A DNA stretch of 64,000 bases from Myxococcota bacterium (lineage in GTDB: Bacteria; Myxococcota_A; UBA796; CAJQPC01). The notes under the pieces were generated by a model. That model did not search any database and was not told where the DNA came from. It worked only from the letters and a program-made list of their open reading frames with translations. Positions 1 to 9,677 of this stretch are shown one piece after another. Location: assembly GCA_036012755.1 (NCBI GenBank), contig DASCPX010000059.1, positions 129,870 to 193,869 of the forward strand, in the 5' to 3' direction. Position numbers and translations under genes: made by a program. Position 1 is the first letter of the stretch. Each line of letters starts with the position of its first letter.

Positions 1-657
1 GGCGACGTGGCTCTTCAGCTCTCCGGTGACGAGGTCGCGGACCACGACGCCGCGAGCCTTGCCGTCGACCACGATGAGATCGAGCATCTCGGTGCGTGGG
101 GAGAGCTTCACCTTGCCCGCGCGCACCTGCCGCGCGAGGGCTTGGTAGGCGCCCAGCAGCAGCTGCTGGCCGGTCTGACCGCGGGCATAGAAGGTGCGCG
201 CGACCTGGGCGCCGCCGAAGGAGCGGTTGTCGAGCAGCCCGCCGTACTCGCGGGCGAAGGGCACGCCCTGGGCCACGGCCTGGTCGATGATGGCCGCCGA
301 GACCTGGGCGAGCCGGTAGACGTTGGGCTCGCGGCTGCGGAAGTCGCCACCCTTGACGGTGTCGTAGAAGAGCCGCCAGACCGAGTCGCCGTCGTTCTGG
401 TAGTTCTTCGCGGCGTTGATGCCCCCCTGTGCGGCGATGCTGTGGGCCCGACGCGAGCTGTCCTGGTAGCAGAAGGCCTGCACGTCGTAGCCGAGCTCGG
501 CCATCGAGGCGGCGGCGCTGGCGCCCCCGAGACCGGTGCCGACGACGATGACCGAGTGCTTGCGCTTGTTGGCCGGGTTCACCAGCTTCATCTGGAAGCG
601 GTGGCGGTCCCAGGCGGTCTCGATGGGGCCGTTGGGGCAGTTTCCGTCGAGGATCAT
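1..657 (-). CDS. sdhA: Succinate dehydrogenase/fumarate reductase flavoprotein subunit, 5' part (runs off window)
   Basis: Manual translation, absent from the ORF track: [50 protein letters not shown]...[26 protein letters not shown]-binding GxGxxG and the covalent-FAD His motif HSIAAQGG are present. ATG at 657 overlaps the sdhC stop (ATGA). Confidence 0.93.
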   Translation of the reverse strand, partial: MILDGNCPNGPIETAWDRHRFQMKLVNPANKRKHSVIVVGTGLGGASAAASMAELGYDVQAFCYQDSSRRAHSIAAQGGINAAKNYQNDGDSVWRLFYDTVKGGDFRSREPNVYRLAQVSAAIIDQAVAQGVPFAREYGGLLDNRSFGGAQVARTFYARGQTGQQLLLGAYQALARQVRAGKVKLSPRTEMLDLIVVDGKARGVVVRDLVTGELKSHVA

Positions 658-1367
658 CGGACCATCTCCGCCACAGAGGACGACTGCGCGGGTACCAGGT
701 CAGCGAGGATGCCGATCGGAACGCTGCTGAAGGCGAGGAAGAGCAACACGGCGAAGGCGCGGGCTGCTTGCCGCCTCAGGCCGTTGTAGTCGGGGTGGTT
801 CGCGCCGAAGGTCTGGAGCATGGACCAGGCGCCATGGTCGACGTGCATGCACAGACAGACCACGGCGATGAGGTAGGTCACGACGACCGCCGGGTCGGAG
901 AACCCGACGAGCACCATCCGGTATGCGTCGTGGGTGCCCTCGGCCGTCGTGTAGGCGGCGAACTCGGGGTTCGTCACGTGCGCTGTGTACTGGAGGACGT
1001 GGTAGACGACGAAGGCCAACAGCAGGATGCCGCCGTAGCGCATCGTCTTGGCGGCGTAGCTGCTGCTGGTGCTCTTCAGCTTCTTGTAGCCCTGGGGTCG
1101 GGCGCTGTTGTTCAGGCGGACCAGCTGGATGGCCGAGGCGATGTGCAGCGGGAAGGCCGCGAGCAGGGTCAGGCGCACTCCCCAGAGCAGGAGTGGGTTC
1201 GACTTGAGGCCCGCGGCGTAGTGGTTGAAGGCGTCTGGCCCCAGCCAGACCAGCATGTTGCCGGAGGCGTGGACGAGGACGAATCCGACGAGGATCAACC
1301 CGGTGACGGCCATGACGATCTTCTTCCCGATAGTCGTAGCCCACAGGTTGGAGAACCAGCTCATCAC
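654..1367 (-). CDS. sdhC: Succinate dehydrogenase cytochrome b558 subunit
   Basis: [11 protein letters not shown] start, five TM helices, heme His residues (VHASGN, LHIASA, VYHVL, MHVDHG); coupled to sdhA. Confidence 0.92.
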   Translation of the reverse strand: MMSWFSNLWATTIGKKIVMAVTGLILVGFVLVHASGNMLVWLGPDAFNHYAAGLKSNPLLLWGVRLTLLAAFPLHIASAIQLVRLNNSARPQGYKKLKSTSSSYAAKTMRYGGILLLAFVVYHVLQYTAHVTNPEFAAYTTAEGTHDAYRMVLVGFSDPAVVVTYLIAVVCLCMHVDHGAWSMLQTFGANHPDYNGLRRQAARAFAVLLFLAFSSVPIGILADLVPAQSSSVAEMVR

Positions 1368-1406
1368 CGCTCCGAGATGGGAGGGGCCGTTAACCGATGA
1401 CTGGTT

Positions 1407-1874
1407 CTAGGGCCGAATGCGGCCCTCGACGACCTCGCCGGAGAGCCAGCCGTCGCCGACCTGGATCTCGAAGGCGAAGTCGATCAGTCCCTCGTCGAGA
1501 TCGAGCCTGGCGACATGAACGAAGCCGCCAAGGACCTCGTCCGTCTCGCGGAGCACGACCTCGCCCGAGACCGCCGTGAGCTGTGTCGAGGCCATCGCGA
1601 AGCCGCACTCGCCCTCGAAGGTGCACTCGGAGCCCTGGTCGGGTTGGATGAGCTCGATGCCGACGTAGTCTCCGAAGAGCGACTCGCGGAGCTCGACGAT
1701 GCCTCTCTCGAAGTGGCCTTCGTCGTCGAGGCGGATCGGCCCCTCCGCGGCGTCGGGGTCGAGGAGCTCGACCGCGAGGTCAGGGCTCTCGAATGTGGCC
1801 CAGGCGATGGGGCCGCTCTCGATGGGAGCCGCGGAGTCCTCCACGGCGGGGGCACAAGCCAGGAGCAGGAACAT
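1407..1874 (-). CDS. Hypothetical lipoprotein
   Basis: Begins MFLLLAC (lipobox); acidic globular sequence with coding-like codon usage. Confidence 0.7.
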   Translation of the reverse strand: MFLLLACAPAVEDSAAPIESGPIAWATFESPDLAVELLDPDAAEGPIRLDDEGHFERGIVELRESLFGDYVGIELIQPDQGSECTFEGECGFAMASTQLTAVSGEVVLRETDEVLGGFVHVARLDLDEGLIDFAFEIQVGDGWLSGEVVEGRIRP

Positions 1875-1894
1875 ACGTTGTCCGACGGTGCCGA

Positions 1895-1912
1895 TGTAGT
1901 CAGGAGACTACA
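1895..1912. promoter_or_regulatory. Operator-like perfect inverted repeat TGTAGTC-N4-GACTACA
   Basis: 7-bp dyad in an AT-richer divergent intergenic region; the binding regulator is unknown. Confidence 0.35.
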
Positions 1913-1998
1913 CAATTCTCCACATCCGGTTTGCAAAGCTGATGACAACCCGAGCGTCCGACGCGGTACCTTCTGGTAGGCACCGAAGAGATAACCCC

Positions 1999-2556
<558 letters not shown>

Positions 2557-2561
2557 TAGCC

Positions 2562-2885
2562 CTACATCAGGGAGTCGCGGCCGGAGTCCTCGTCGCTCGA
2601 GGAGCAGATGTCGCTGTCAGCGCCGGCGTCCTGGCACTCGTCTGCCTCGGCCAGGGTCGTCCGGCACTGCACCGTGTCCCCACTCAGCGCTCCCTCGAGC
2701 CCCGTGTGGTCGTACTCCGCACAGGTCGCCAGGCAGGTGCACTCGTCGACGTAGAGCTGGCCCTGGCAGACGTGCTCGGCGGCGTTGCAGTAGCGCACGC
2801 ACTCCGAGGAACTCTCAGAAGGGCACTCCAGGGCCTGCTCCTCGGAGCCGAAGCCCCCGGAGCAGGCCACCATGACGAAGATCAC
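2562..2885 (-). CDS. Small Cys-rich lipoprotein
   Basis: GTG at 2885 overlaps the upstream stop (GTGA); MIFVMVAC lipobox; multiple Cys (CVRYC, CTCLATC, C..C..C). Confidence 0.7.
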   Translation of the reverse strand: MIFVMVACSGGFGSEEQALECPSESSSECVRYCNAAEHVCQGQLYVDECTCLATCAEYDHTGLEGALSGDTVQCRTTLAEADECQDAGADSDICSSSDEDSGRDSLM

Positions 2886-3403
2886 TGGGGCGCGCCGAAG
2901 CCGGGCGTCGCCGTGGCGTAGGCAGAGCCGATGGCCCGGGCGGCCAGGCCGCTCGGCAGGACGTGCATGGTCTCCTCGCTTCGCCAGGCCGTCAGACCCA
3001 CGGAGTTCTCTTCGAGCAGGTCGGCCCACGACGAGGAGAGCTCGAAGTTGCCGTCGTCGTCGGTGTGACAGACCACTGCGGCGTTGCCGTCGTCGAAGTG
3101 CAGGAAGACACCCTCACCGTGATCCTCTGAGTCCCAGCTGATCCTGTCGCTGAGCGCGGTCATCGAGAGGCCCTCCATGGGCTCTGGCATCACCATCGCG
3201 TCACTGTCCTGGTAGCCGCTCACGCCGCCGCTGGCGCCGTAGACCTTGATCTTGTACGAGGTGTCGGCCTCGATGGGATCATCACTGTCGCCGTACCCGA
3301 GGTACCAGGTCCCGTCCTCCTCTTCGAGGTCGACCTTGGTGCCGCCTTTCTTGTAGCGCACCGCCCCTGCCTCCAAGACCGTCAGGTCGTCGTGTTCTCT
3401 CAC
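2882..3403 (-). CDS. Hypothetical acidic beta-rich protein, possibly 5'-truncated
   Basis: Coding-like frame, coupled to the downstream gene. Looks like an exported protein but has no signal peptide; start uncertain. Confidence 0.55.
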   Translation of the reverse strand: MREHDDLTVLEAGAVRYKKGGTKVDLEEEDGTWYLGYGDSDDPIEADTSYKIKVYGASGGVSGYQDSDAMVMPEPMEGLSMTALSDRISWDSEDHGEGVFLHFDDGNAAVVCHTDDDGNFELSSSWADLLEENSVGLTAWRSEETMHVLPSGLAARAIGSAYATATPGFGAPQ

Positions 3404-3458
3404 GCGACGCTTACGTGTGACTCACCGTGACTTGTGATGACCGAGATGTGGGCTGCGG

Positions 3459-4052
3459 TCACTCGTCGTCGAGGATCCAGACCTCCAGCCGCTCGCTGGC
3501 GTTGTAGACGGAGCCCTGCAGGTCCTCGAAGACGACCAGGAAGGACTCGTCGCCCTCGATGTCTTCGTCGCCGCGCACGTCGACCTGGAACCGCTTCGAC
3601 TGCACTCCCGGGTCGAGACTCAGGCACCCCTGAGCCGGGACGTAGTCGGTGTCGCCAGAGGCCTGCATGTCCTCTGTGTGGAACTGGAGCGACACCTTCT
3701 CGGGGTGCGGACGGCCCAGGCGGACCTCGATGAGGAGCCCCTTGTGGCCAATGTCCCCCTCGGCCCAGCAGTCGTCGGTTTCGCAGACGACGTGGAAGGA
3801 CACGCCGTCGTCGTCGATGATCTCCACCGCAACGACCGCCTGGAGCACACCGTCTCTGGAGAGGACGACCTGGCCGGTCTCGTCGCCGAGGGTGAGCTCG
3901 TCGGCGTTGGGGCCCGACAGATCCACGCTCATGTCGGGACAGTTCGTGGTGGTCGGCGGGATCCACGCCGTGGAGCCTTCGGCCAGGCCCAGCCGGGTGG
4001 AGCCAAGCGAGATGGAGCAAGGAAACACCTGGCTGATCAGGAGGTAGAACAC
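3459..4052 (-). CDS. Calx-beta domain protein
   Basis: C-terminal VSLQFHTED..ASGDTDYVPAQGCLSLDPGVQSKRFQVDVRGDEDIEGDESFLV matches the Calx-beta pattern. Confidence 0.8.
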   Translation of the reverse strand: MFYLLISQVFPCSISLGSTRLGLAEGSTAWIPPTTTNCPDMSVDLSGPNADELTLGDETGQVVLSRDGVLQAVVAVEIIDDDGVSFHVVCETDDCWAEGDIGHKGLLIEVRLGRPHPEKVSLQFHTEDMQASGDTDYVPAQGCLSLDPGVQSKRFQVDVRGDEDIEGDESFLVVFEDLQGSVYNASERLEVWILDDE

Positions 4053-4074
4053 CGCGCAAGCCTACCGGGGGAGC

Positions 4075-5937
4075 TCAGTCCGTGCAGAAAGGCCCGCTCC
4101 GGACGTAGTCGTTGTTGGACTCCGAGCACTCGGCGATGGCTCCGGTGCCGGTGCCGTCGTCGTCTGCGACGAGCACCAGCCCGTCCATCGAGGTGAGCTG
4201 ATCGCTGTAGAGCTCGATCTCGAAGCCCTCTGTGGACCAGCCACTGGGGATCGCGTCGGTGGTCTCGATCGTCGACAGGGCGTAGCGGTAGGCGCCCGCC
4301 TCGCCGTAGAGCGTCATCTTCACGCCGGCGGCGATCTCCTCCGAGCCCTTGTTGTACAAGCGCACGACGACGTAGACCACGCCGGCGTCGCACTCGTCCT
4401 CGCAGATCTCGACGATCTCCGCTTCGAGGTCGTCGGTCAGCCCGTAGCCCTCTGTCGCGATCGCCGAGTGCCAGGTGTTCGTGTGCTGGAAGTTCGGGGT
4501 CGCGGTCTCGGGCACGGACAGATCGTCGTTGATGTTGCTGATGCTGTAGGCGTGCTGGTTCCAGAGCTGACGCGCGGGTGGCCAGCTCTCGTCCTGGTCG
4601 CCGTAGACCGACATCATCGAGCTGTAGCCGTTGTGGCAGACGACGATCTCGGCCTGGTCGTCGGCGTCGACGTCGGCGATGACCGGGTAGTCGTACATCG
4701 TGCCGGAGGCATGGTCGGAGCTGTAGAACTCCTGAGCCCCGGTGATGCCGTCGTAGGCGGCCATCTCGATCTCGTCGATGTACACGACCTCTGGCTCGCC
4801 GTCGCCGTCGAAGTCGAAGACGCTGGCCCCGGTCGCGCCGCTCTCGTCCTTGACCGTGGCCCTCCACAAGAGCGAGCCATCGGCGTTCACGGCCCGCAGC
4901 TCGTTTCCGCCCGCCACCAGGATCTCCGGCTCGCCGTCGAGGTCGATGTCCGCGATCGCGGGCACGCTGAGGATGTTGCCGCTGGGGATGGTCTCCGGTC
5001 CCCAGATGATGGAGCCGTCTGTGTCGTGGAGCCGGTAGGTGTTGTTGCTGACGGCGACGAACTCGCCCTCTGGGTCGGAGTCGAAGTTCGCGACCGCGAC
5101 CATGCCGTCGGACTGCGAAGCGTCCGACCAGATCGCCTCGCCGTCGATCTCGTAGATCGCGTTGCCGACGATCACCTCCTCCTCGCCGTCGAGGTCGAGG
5201 TCGGAGACCGCGGCCATGGAGCCCTCGGACATGATGTAGTCGCCGAAGCCGATGATGCCGAAGCTGCCGTGGCCGTACTCGCCGACGCCGCGAGTGCCGC
5301 CCGTGAGTCCGTCGAGGATGACGCGACCAGCGACGATCTCGGGGATGCCGTCGTGGTCCATGTCGCTGATGACCGGTGCGCCTGCGTAGTTGAAGTCCAG
5401 ACCGATGAAGTGGTCCGACTCCCACAGCTCGTTGCCCTCGCCCGAGTACAACACCACCGTGTAGTCGCCGTCCGCGAACATGTTGGACTCGTACTCGCGG
5501 ATGATGGCGATCTCGGGGAGCCCGTCGTCGTCGATGTCTCCGAGGGCGGGTGAGGCGCCGTAGCCCGCCTGGGCGTTCACGCTCCACAGGCTGCCCGAGC
5601 CGTCTCCGTGGAGGGCGTGCAGCGTGCCGGTGCCCATCACGAAGGACTCGTTCACGAGGATCTCGGGCATGCCGTCGCCGTCGAGGTCGCCGACCACCGG
5701 GAGTGCTGTGCAGCCGGTGCCGCTCTCTTCCCACTCGACGATGGGGGTGAAGCCACCCTCGTGGGGGACACAGGTGTCGGTCACGCCGACCTCGATCGCC
5801 TCTGCCCCGACGTCGCAGATCTCGCCTTCGGGATCGCTGGTGTCGTCTTCGCTCCAGCCCGAGTCGTCGGTGCCCCCGGGGACGTCGCCCTCTCCGTGTA
5901 GCTTGTAGTCCTGACACGCGAGACAGAGCAGCAGCAT
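4075..5937 (-). CDS. FG-GAP/VCBS-repeat beta-propeller lipoprotein with C-terminal CARDB-like domain
   Basis: MLLLCLAC lipobox with GGAGG RBS; repeated DxDGDGxPEI Ca-binding loops; WNQHAYSISNIN motif; C-terminal IAECSESNN. Confidence 0.88.
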   Translation of the reverse strand: MLLLCLACQDYKLHGEGDVPGGTDDSGWSEDDTSDPEGEICDVGAEAIEVGVTDTCVPHEGGFTPIVEWEESGTGCTALPVVGDLDGDGMPEILVNESFVMGTGTLHALHGDGSGSLWSVNAQAGYGASPALGDIDDDGLPEIAIIREYESNMFADGDYTVVLYSGEGNELWESDHFIGLDFNYAGAPVISDMDHDGIPEIVAGRVILDGLTGGTRGVGEYGHGSFGIIGFGDYIMSEGSMAAVSDLDLDGEEEVIVGNAIYEIDGEAIWSDASQSDGMVAVANFDSDPEGEFVAVSNNTYRLHDTDGSIIWGPETIPSGNILSVPAIADIDLDGEPEILVAGGNELRAVNADGSLLWRATVKDESGATGASVFDFDGDGEPEVVYIDEIEMAAYDGITGAQEFYSSDHASGTMYDYPVIADVDADDQAEIVVCHNGYSSMMSVYGDQDESWPPARQLWNQHAYSISNINDDLSVPETATPNFQHTNTWHSAIATEGYGLTDDLEAEIVEICEDECDAGVVYVVVRLYNKGSEEIAAGVKMTLYGEAGAYRYALSTIETTDAIPSGWSTEGFEIELYSDQLTSMDGLVLVADDDGTGTGAIAECSESNNDYVRSGPFCTD

Positions 5938-6271
5938 GGGGGTCCTCCGGTGCGCGCGGAACGTAGCCGCCCCCCGGAACCTCTGCTACGGACCACGAAT
6001 GGTGATCCAGGAGGTCCAGATAGTCCAAATACCGAGGATACCCGCACTCAAAGACAGGTTGAAAGCCGCATATGGCGTGATAGAAATGGGACATGGACTG
6101 TCGACACGGAATGCCCCTCGAGTCCGCGGGAATGAAGCTCGTGACCTGTCAGCTGAAGCAGCGCGGCGGGATGGCCGAGCGCATCAAGATCAAGCAGATG
6201 GAGCCCAAGCCGGCCCGACGGCCAGTGGAGTGCACCTACGCCCAGATAGACGAGCAGCACTTCTGTCCGTG

Positions 6272-6652
6272 CTACTCGGCGGGCGTTGCCTCGAGGTCGA
6301 GCGGTCCGCGCTCGACGGCGTAGCCGGCGGCCACCCAGGCTGCGGTCCCGCCGGCGACGTTCGTCGCCGTGAACCCCTCCGCGCCGAGGAGCTCCGTCGC
6401 CTTCGCGCTGCGACCGCCCGAGTGGCAGATCACGTGGACGGGCGTCTCCTTGTCGAGCTCGTCGAGTCGCTTGGGGAGCTGATCGAGGGGAATGTGCACG
6501 ATGCCGGGCACGCGAACCTCGATGATCTCCTTTTCGGTCCGGACGTCGAGCAAGACGGCGATCTCTCCAGCCTCTCTCTTCGCCTGGAGGGTGGCGATGT
6601 CGATCTCGGCGATGTCGGCCGCGGCGGCGACGGCGATGAGCCAGCTCAGCAT
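6272..6652 (-). CDS. Rhodanese-like domain protein with signal peptide
   Basis: LLDVRT..E, HIPL, active-site loop ICHSGGRS, NVAGGT..W. Confidence 0.9.
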   Translation of the reverse strand: MLSWLIAVAAAADIAEIDIATLQAKREAGEIAVLLDVRTEKEIIEVRVPGIVHIPLDQLPKRLDELDKETPVHVICHSGGRSAKATELLGAEGFTATNVAGGTAAWVAAGYAVERGPLDLEATPAE

Positions 6653-6714
6653 TGGGGACTCCACGTGGCGATTTCTTCATCGCCCGGCGGCCCCCGACCT
6701 GCCACTCTGGCCCC

Positions 6715-7797
6715 ATGCCGGACTACGCCGAAAGGGAACAGACCCCCGCGCTGAGTTCGACGAAGGTCGTCGCCAGCGATGTCGAGGTCGACGAGTCGAA
6801 CAGCGCGATCGCAGAAGAGGTCCCCGGCGCCTCCGACGGAGGCCTGGCCAACTACCAGTCGGCGCTGGGCAGCTGGCTCGGCGGTGAGCTCTACGACGCC
6901 GTCAGCCCGCACCTCACGATGGACAAGCTCAGCGGCTATGCGACCGATGGGCTGAACTCGGTCCTGAAGCTGCTCGGCGAGCAGCTCAACAACATCGGCG
7001 AGTCCGACGAGGCCGCGGTCGAGGCCTTCGCAGAGGCCCTGGCCAACGTCGAGATCCCGGAGCTGGAGAAGAAGTTCGACCTGGGCAAGGGCTTTTCGGC
7101 CTCTGGCGGCGTGAAGCTCGGACGCATCCGCGACATCGCGCTGGAGCAGATCAAGGCCAAGCTCGAGTACGCCTCTGGCCCGCTGATCACAGCGATGCAG
7201 GTGGAGCACTCCGAAGACGGCGGCACGAAGGGCACCGGCTCCGACTCGCCGGCGGTCAACGCCCAGGTGAAGCGGGTCGACGGAAGCCTGACCACCATCA
7301 ACGGGGTGAAGTACGACGCGGAGACCGGGCGCCTGTCGACCGACATGAGCCTGGTCCACTCCAAGGACGGCCTGACCCTCGGCGGCAGCGGGGAGCTCGA
7401 CCAGAAGGGCATCTCGCAGGCCAGACAACTTGTACGCCCCGGCATAATCAATGGTCCCATACCGGACTTGAGCGGCGGTGATGAAAGGTACACCTTGCTC
7501 TGTGAACTCGGCGACTTTCGGGTGATTAGCCCCGTGGTTTCCGTCCTTCAGGTCATCCAGCAAACCCCAGCGCAGACACTCCGCGACAGCAAAAAAGTTC
7601 CATGTTTGTGGGATACGAAACCGTTCCATATACGCAGGCATTTCCACATGTTCTGGGACGCCTCGACGTGTGGCACAAGGACCTTCTGCCTTGAGCCTCT
7701 CCAGCAGCACACTCGCAGGCTCATCGCTCGCATCCTGCGGCACGAGCCGCCCGCGCACGGCGAGTTGCCACCCGCACGACCGCCCCGTGGGAGCTGA
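6715..7797 (+). pseudogene. Hypothetical protein interrupted near 7420; reading frame continues into foreign sequence
   Basis: Host-like codon usage up to ...GELDQKGISQ, then an abrupt switch to AT-richer DNA that is antisense hsdS. Confidence 0.65.
7421..7770 (-). pseudogene. hsdS: Type I restriction-modification specificity subunit fragment
   Basis: QLAVRGRLVPQDASDEPASVLLERLKAE conserved block, then IPQTW and DGNHG..PK..F...GVPFITA (TRD start). No proper start codon; cut off inside the TRD. Confidence 0.85.
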
Positions 7798-7812
7798 AGA
7801 GGGCTGAGTCCC

Positions 7813-7850
7813 GCTCCTGAATCTTGGACACACCAGGGACACAACAAAGC
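7813..7850 (+). repeat. Direct repeat copy 1 (38-bp core; weaker similarity extends about 7806-7888)
   Basis: GCTCCTGAATCTTGGACACACCAGGGACACAACAAAGC; 37/38 identical to 8766-8803. Confidence 0.92.
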
Positions 7851-7890
7851 AGCCATTCCCCGCAATTAGCAGGCACTGGCCATCATTTCG

Positions 7891-8634
7891 CTACATGGCA
7901 CACGCACTCATATCCGCGGCGACTTCAAATGAGAATCTGGTGCCCCCGGGTGTGTCGCCCATATGATACGACATCAGCTGGTAGGCCTCGACATCCGCTT
8001 TGATGACCCCCCATAGCCAACCGATGAATCCTCCGTACTCATCCTCGTCCTCAATCACGATCGCAATCGCGAATTCCGTGGACTTGATCGCAAGGGCCAT
8101 GGTCTCCAAGACCACGGCCGGAGCATCTTGCTCCACAGCTTTCGAGAAGTAGACCCAACTGAGCTTGTACAAAGCATAGTTGATCACATTGCCGTCCCCA
8201 CCGAGTGTCGACGCCGCCGTTTCGTAATCCGAGACGAGCCGAACCCACTCCTCGTCCCAGCCTATCAACTCCGCACTCCCAGCCAGAGACCCTGTTGACC
8301 TGGCTTGAGCTTCCACCGCCTGCTGCACCGCCTCGTCCTCCGTCATGCCCTCGGGAATACGGAAGTCGCAATGGGCCAGTCCGATCCTGAGCGAGGCTAC
8401 AAAGCAGTCTTCCTCCGCGAGGTCTGGGTCAATCTCGTAGTTCCTGAGACAAGTCAGGGCGGTGTTGTGTCTCTCGGCAGCCTCGAGCAGGGCCGAAGTA
8501 TCCGTTGGCGAGTCGCTTCTGGTCGGCTCGTCGAGCCGCGAGGCGGAATCGCGGACGGCGTCTGTCTTGTCGGTATCGTTGATGGAGGGACAGGCGACAA
8601 GCAGAAGGAAGAAGGGTAGAACTCTCATGGTCAT
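7891..8634 (-). CDS. Hypothetical lipoprotein of foreign composition
   Basis: MRVLPFFLLLVAC lipobox; AT-richer codons; lies between the two direct repeats. Confidence 0.75.
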   Translation of the reverse strand: MTMRVLPFFLLLVACPSINDTDKTDAVRDSASRLDEPTRSDSPTDTSALLEAAERHNTALTCLRNYEIDPDLAEEDCFVASLRIGLAHCDFRIPEGMTEDEAVQQAVEAQARSTGSLAGSAELIGWDEEWVRLVSDYETAASTLGGDGNVINYALYKLSWVYFSKAVEQDAPAVVLETMALAIKSTEFAIAIVIEDEDEYGGFIGWLWGVIKADVEAYQLMSYHMGDTPGGTRFSFEVAADMSACAM

Positions 8635-8765
8635 TCCTGGCGTCAGGTGGGATGGAGTGGTTTTCGTGCGAAATCCGAGCGAGTGTAGGAGTTTCCTATT
8701 TCGGAGTCAAACAAAGGCAAGTTGGATCCTTGGATTCTTCGCGGTGGTCATTGACGCCCGAGTCG

Positions 8766-8803
8766 GCTCCTGAATCTTGGACACACCACGGACACAACAA
8801 AGC
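8766..8803 (+). repeat. Direct repeat copy 2
   Basis: GCTCCTGAATCTTGGACACACCACGGACACAACAAAGC; contains tandem GGACACA, resembling integrase arm-type sites. Confidence 0.92.
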
Positions 8804-8916
8804 CGACATTAGGCGGTATTGGCGAGCATTAGCCACCACTGCCCGAAACTACAAGCCCCGGTGATCACAGGCGAAACACCCTAAATACCTGTAATCACGA
8901 CCCCTGGGTCAGGGTG

Positions 8917-8931
8917 CCGCCGCCTCCACCA
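8917..8931 (+). mobile_element. Putative att site: duplicated 3' end of tmRNA (ssrA)-like RNA
   Basis: CCGCCGCCTCCACCA without the upstream T-arm GGTTCGA. Preceded by the dyad GTGATCACAGG...CCTGTAATCAC (8861-8898) and followed by a hairpin. Confidence 0.6.
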
Positions 8932-8937
8932 TTTTTC

Positions 8938-8970
8938 TGCTAAACCCTCGGATTTCCGGGGGTTTACGCA
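8938..8970. terminator. Stem-loop after the att-like fragment
   Basis: TGCTAAACCCTCGGA-TT-TCCGGGGGTTTACGCA imperfect inverted repeat flanked by T-rich tracts. Confidence 0.6.
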
Positions 8971-9521
8971 TTTGGGGGATGGCTTCTGTCCATCCTGGTG
9001 GTCGAACCACTCCTGCTGGCTCCAGATGGGCTCGTCCATGCCGTCGCCGTCGAGGTCGATGGCCACCACGTCGTCGACGCTGCCCTCCAGCTCCAGGACC
9101 GGCTCGGTCCAGCCCTCCTCCACCGAGGAGCCCGGCGCCTGGAGGAGGTCGTCCCCCAGGTTCCACCCGGTGTCCTCCGGCACGGCCGTGTCGATCGAGG
9201 GGTCGCTGTCGACCGGAGAGTCGCCGGCGACGATGCCCGGGGGCTGGTGCGAGATGCACGCCGCCGAAGGGCAGGTCGCCGAGGTGTAGACCGGCGACAC
9301 GTCCCCCGGAGGCAGCGCGTCGGGCCCGTCGCAGCCGAGCACCAACAGCAGCATCAGCAGGTCATGACGTCGATGTAGCCGCCGGCGGCGCAGCACACGA
9401 GCGTGTTGTCGGTGGTCTCGTTGATGATGCGCCTCATGTGTCGTCCCGTGGCCACTCTGGCCAGCTCGTCGTTGGTGCGCCGAGCCCGACCCCCGCGGTG
9501 GGACACAGCCGCAGGTCGAGT

Positions 9522-9560
9522 ATCGACCATCGACCATCGACCATCGACCATCGACCATCG
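9522..9560. repeat. Heptamer tandem repeat (ATCGACC)x5.5
   Basis: Perfect intergenic repeat read directly from the sequence. Confidence 0.95.
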
Positions 9561-9677
9561 GCGGGTTTTTTGCCAGCAGAATGTCAAGCCCGGGGGTCAG
9601 GCCCCGACATGTGACGCCGGTGTGACATGGAAACGCCGGTGATCACAGCCCCTTGCGCCGGGTCAGACCGTGACTGC

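Larger units (their letters stand above)
8881..9354 (-). pseudogene. Truncated FG-GAP-type lipoprotein
   Basis: MLLLVLGC start and a single IDLDGDGMDE loop; from about 8985 the frame reads through the hairpin/att sequence. Confidence 0.6.

Noticed and set aside
6132..6323. Small ORF MKLVTCQLKQRGGMAERIKIKQMEPKPARRPVECTYAQIDEQHF...
   Set aside because: Codon usage is plausible, but it runs into the 3' end of the rhodanese gene and has no recognisable family; it may be a fragment and cannot be supported.
7813..8803. CRISPR array or integron attC sites
   Set aside because: Only two copies about 950 bp apart, no cas or intI gene, and no RYYYAAC...GTTRRRY palindromic structure.
8890..8935. Intact tRNA or tmRNA gene
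   Set aside because: Only the terminal 15 nt resemble one; there is no T-arm GGTTCGA or cloverleaf.
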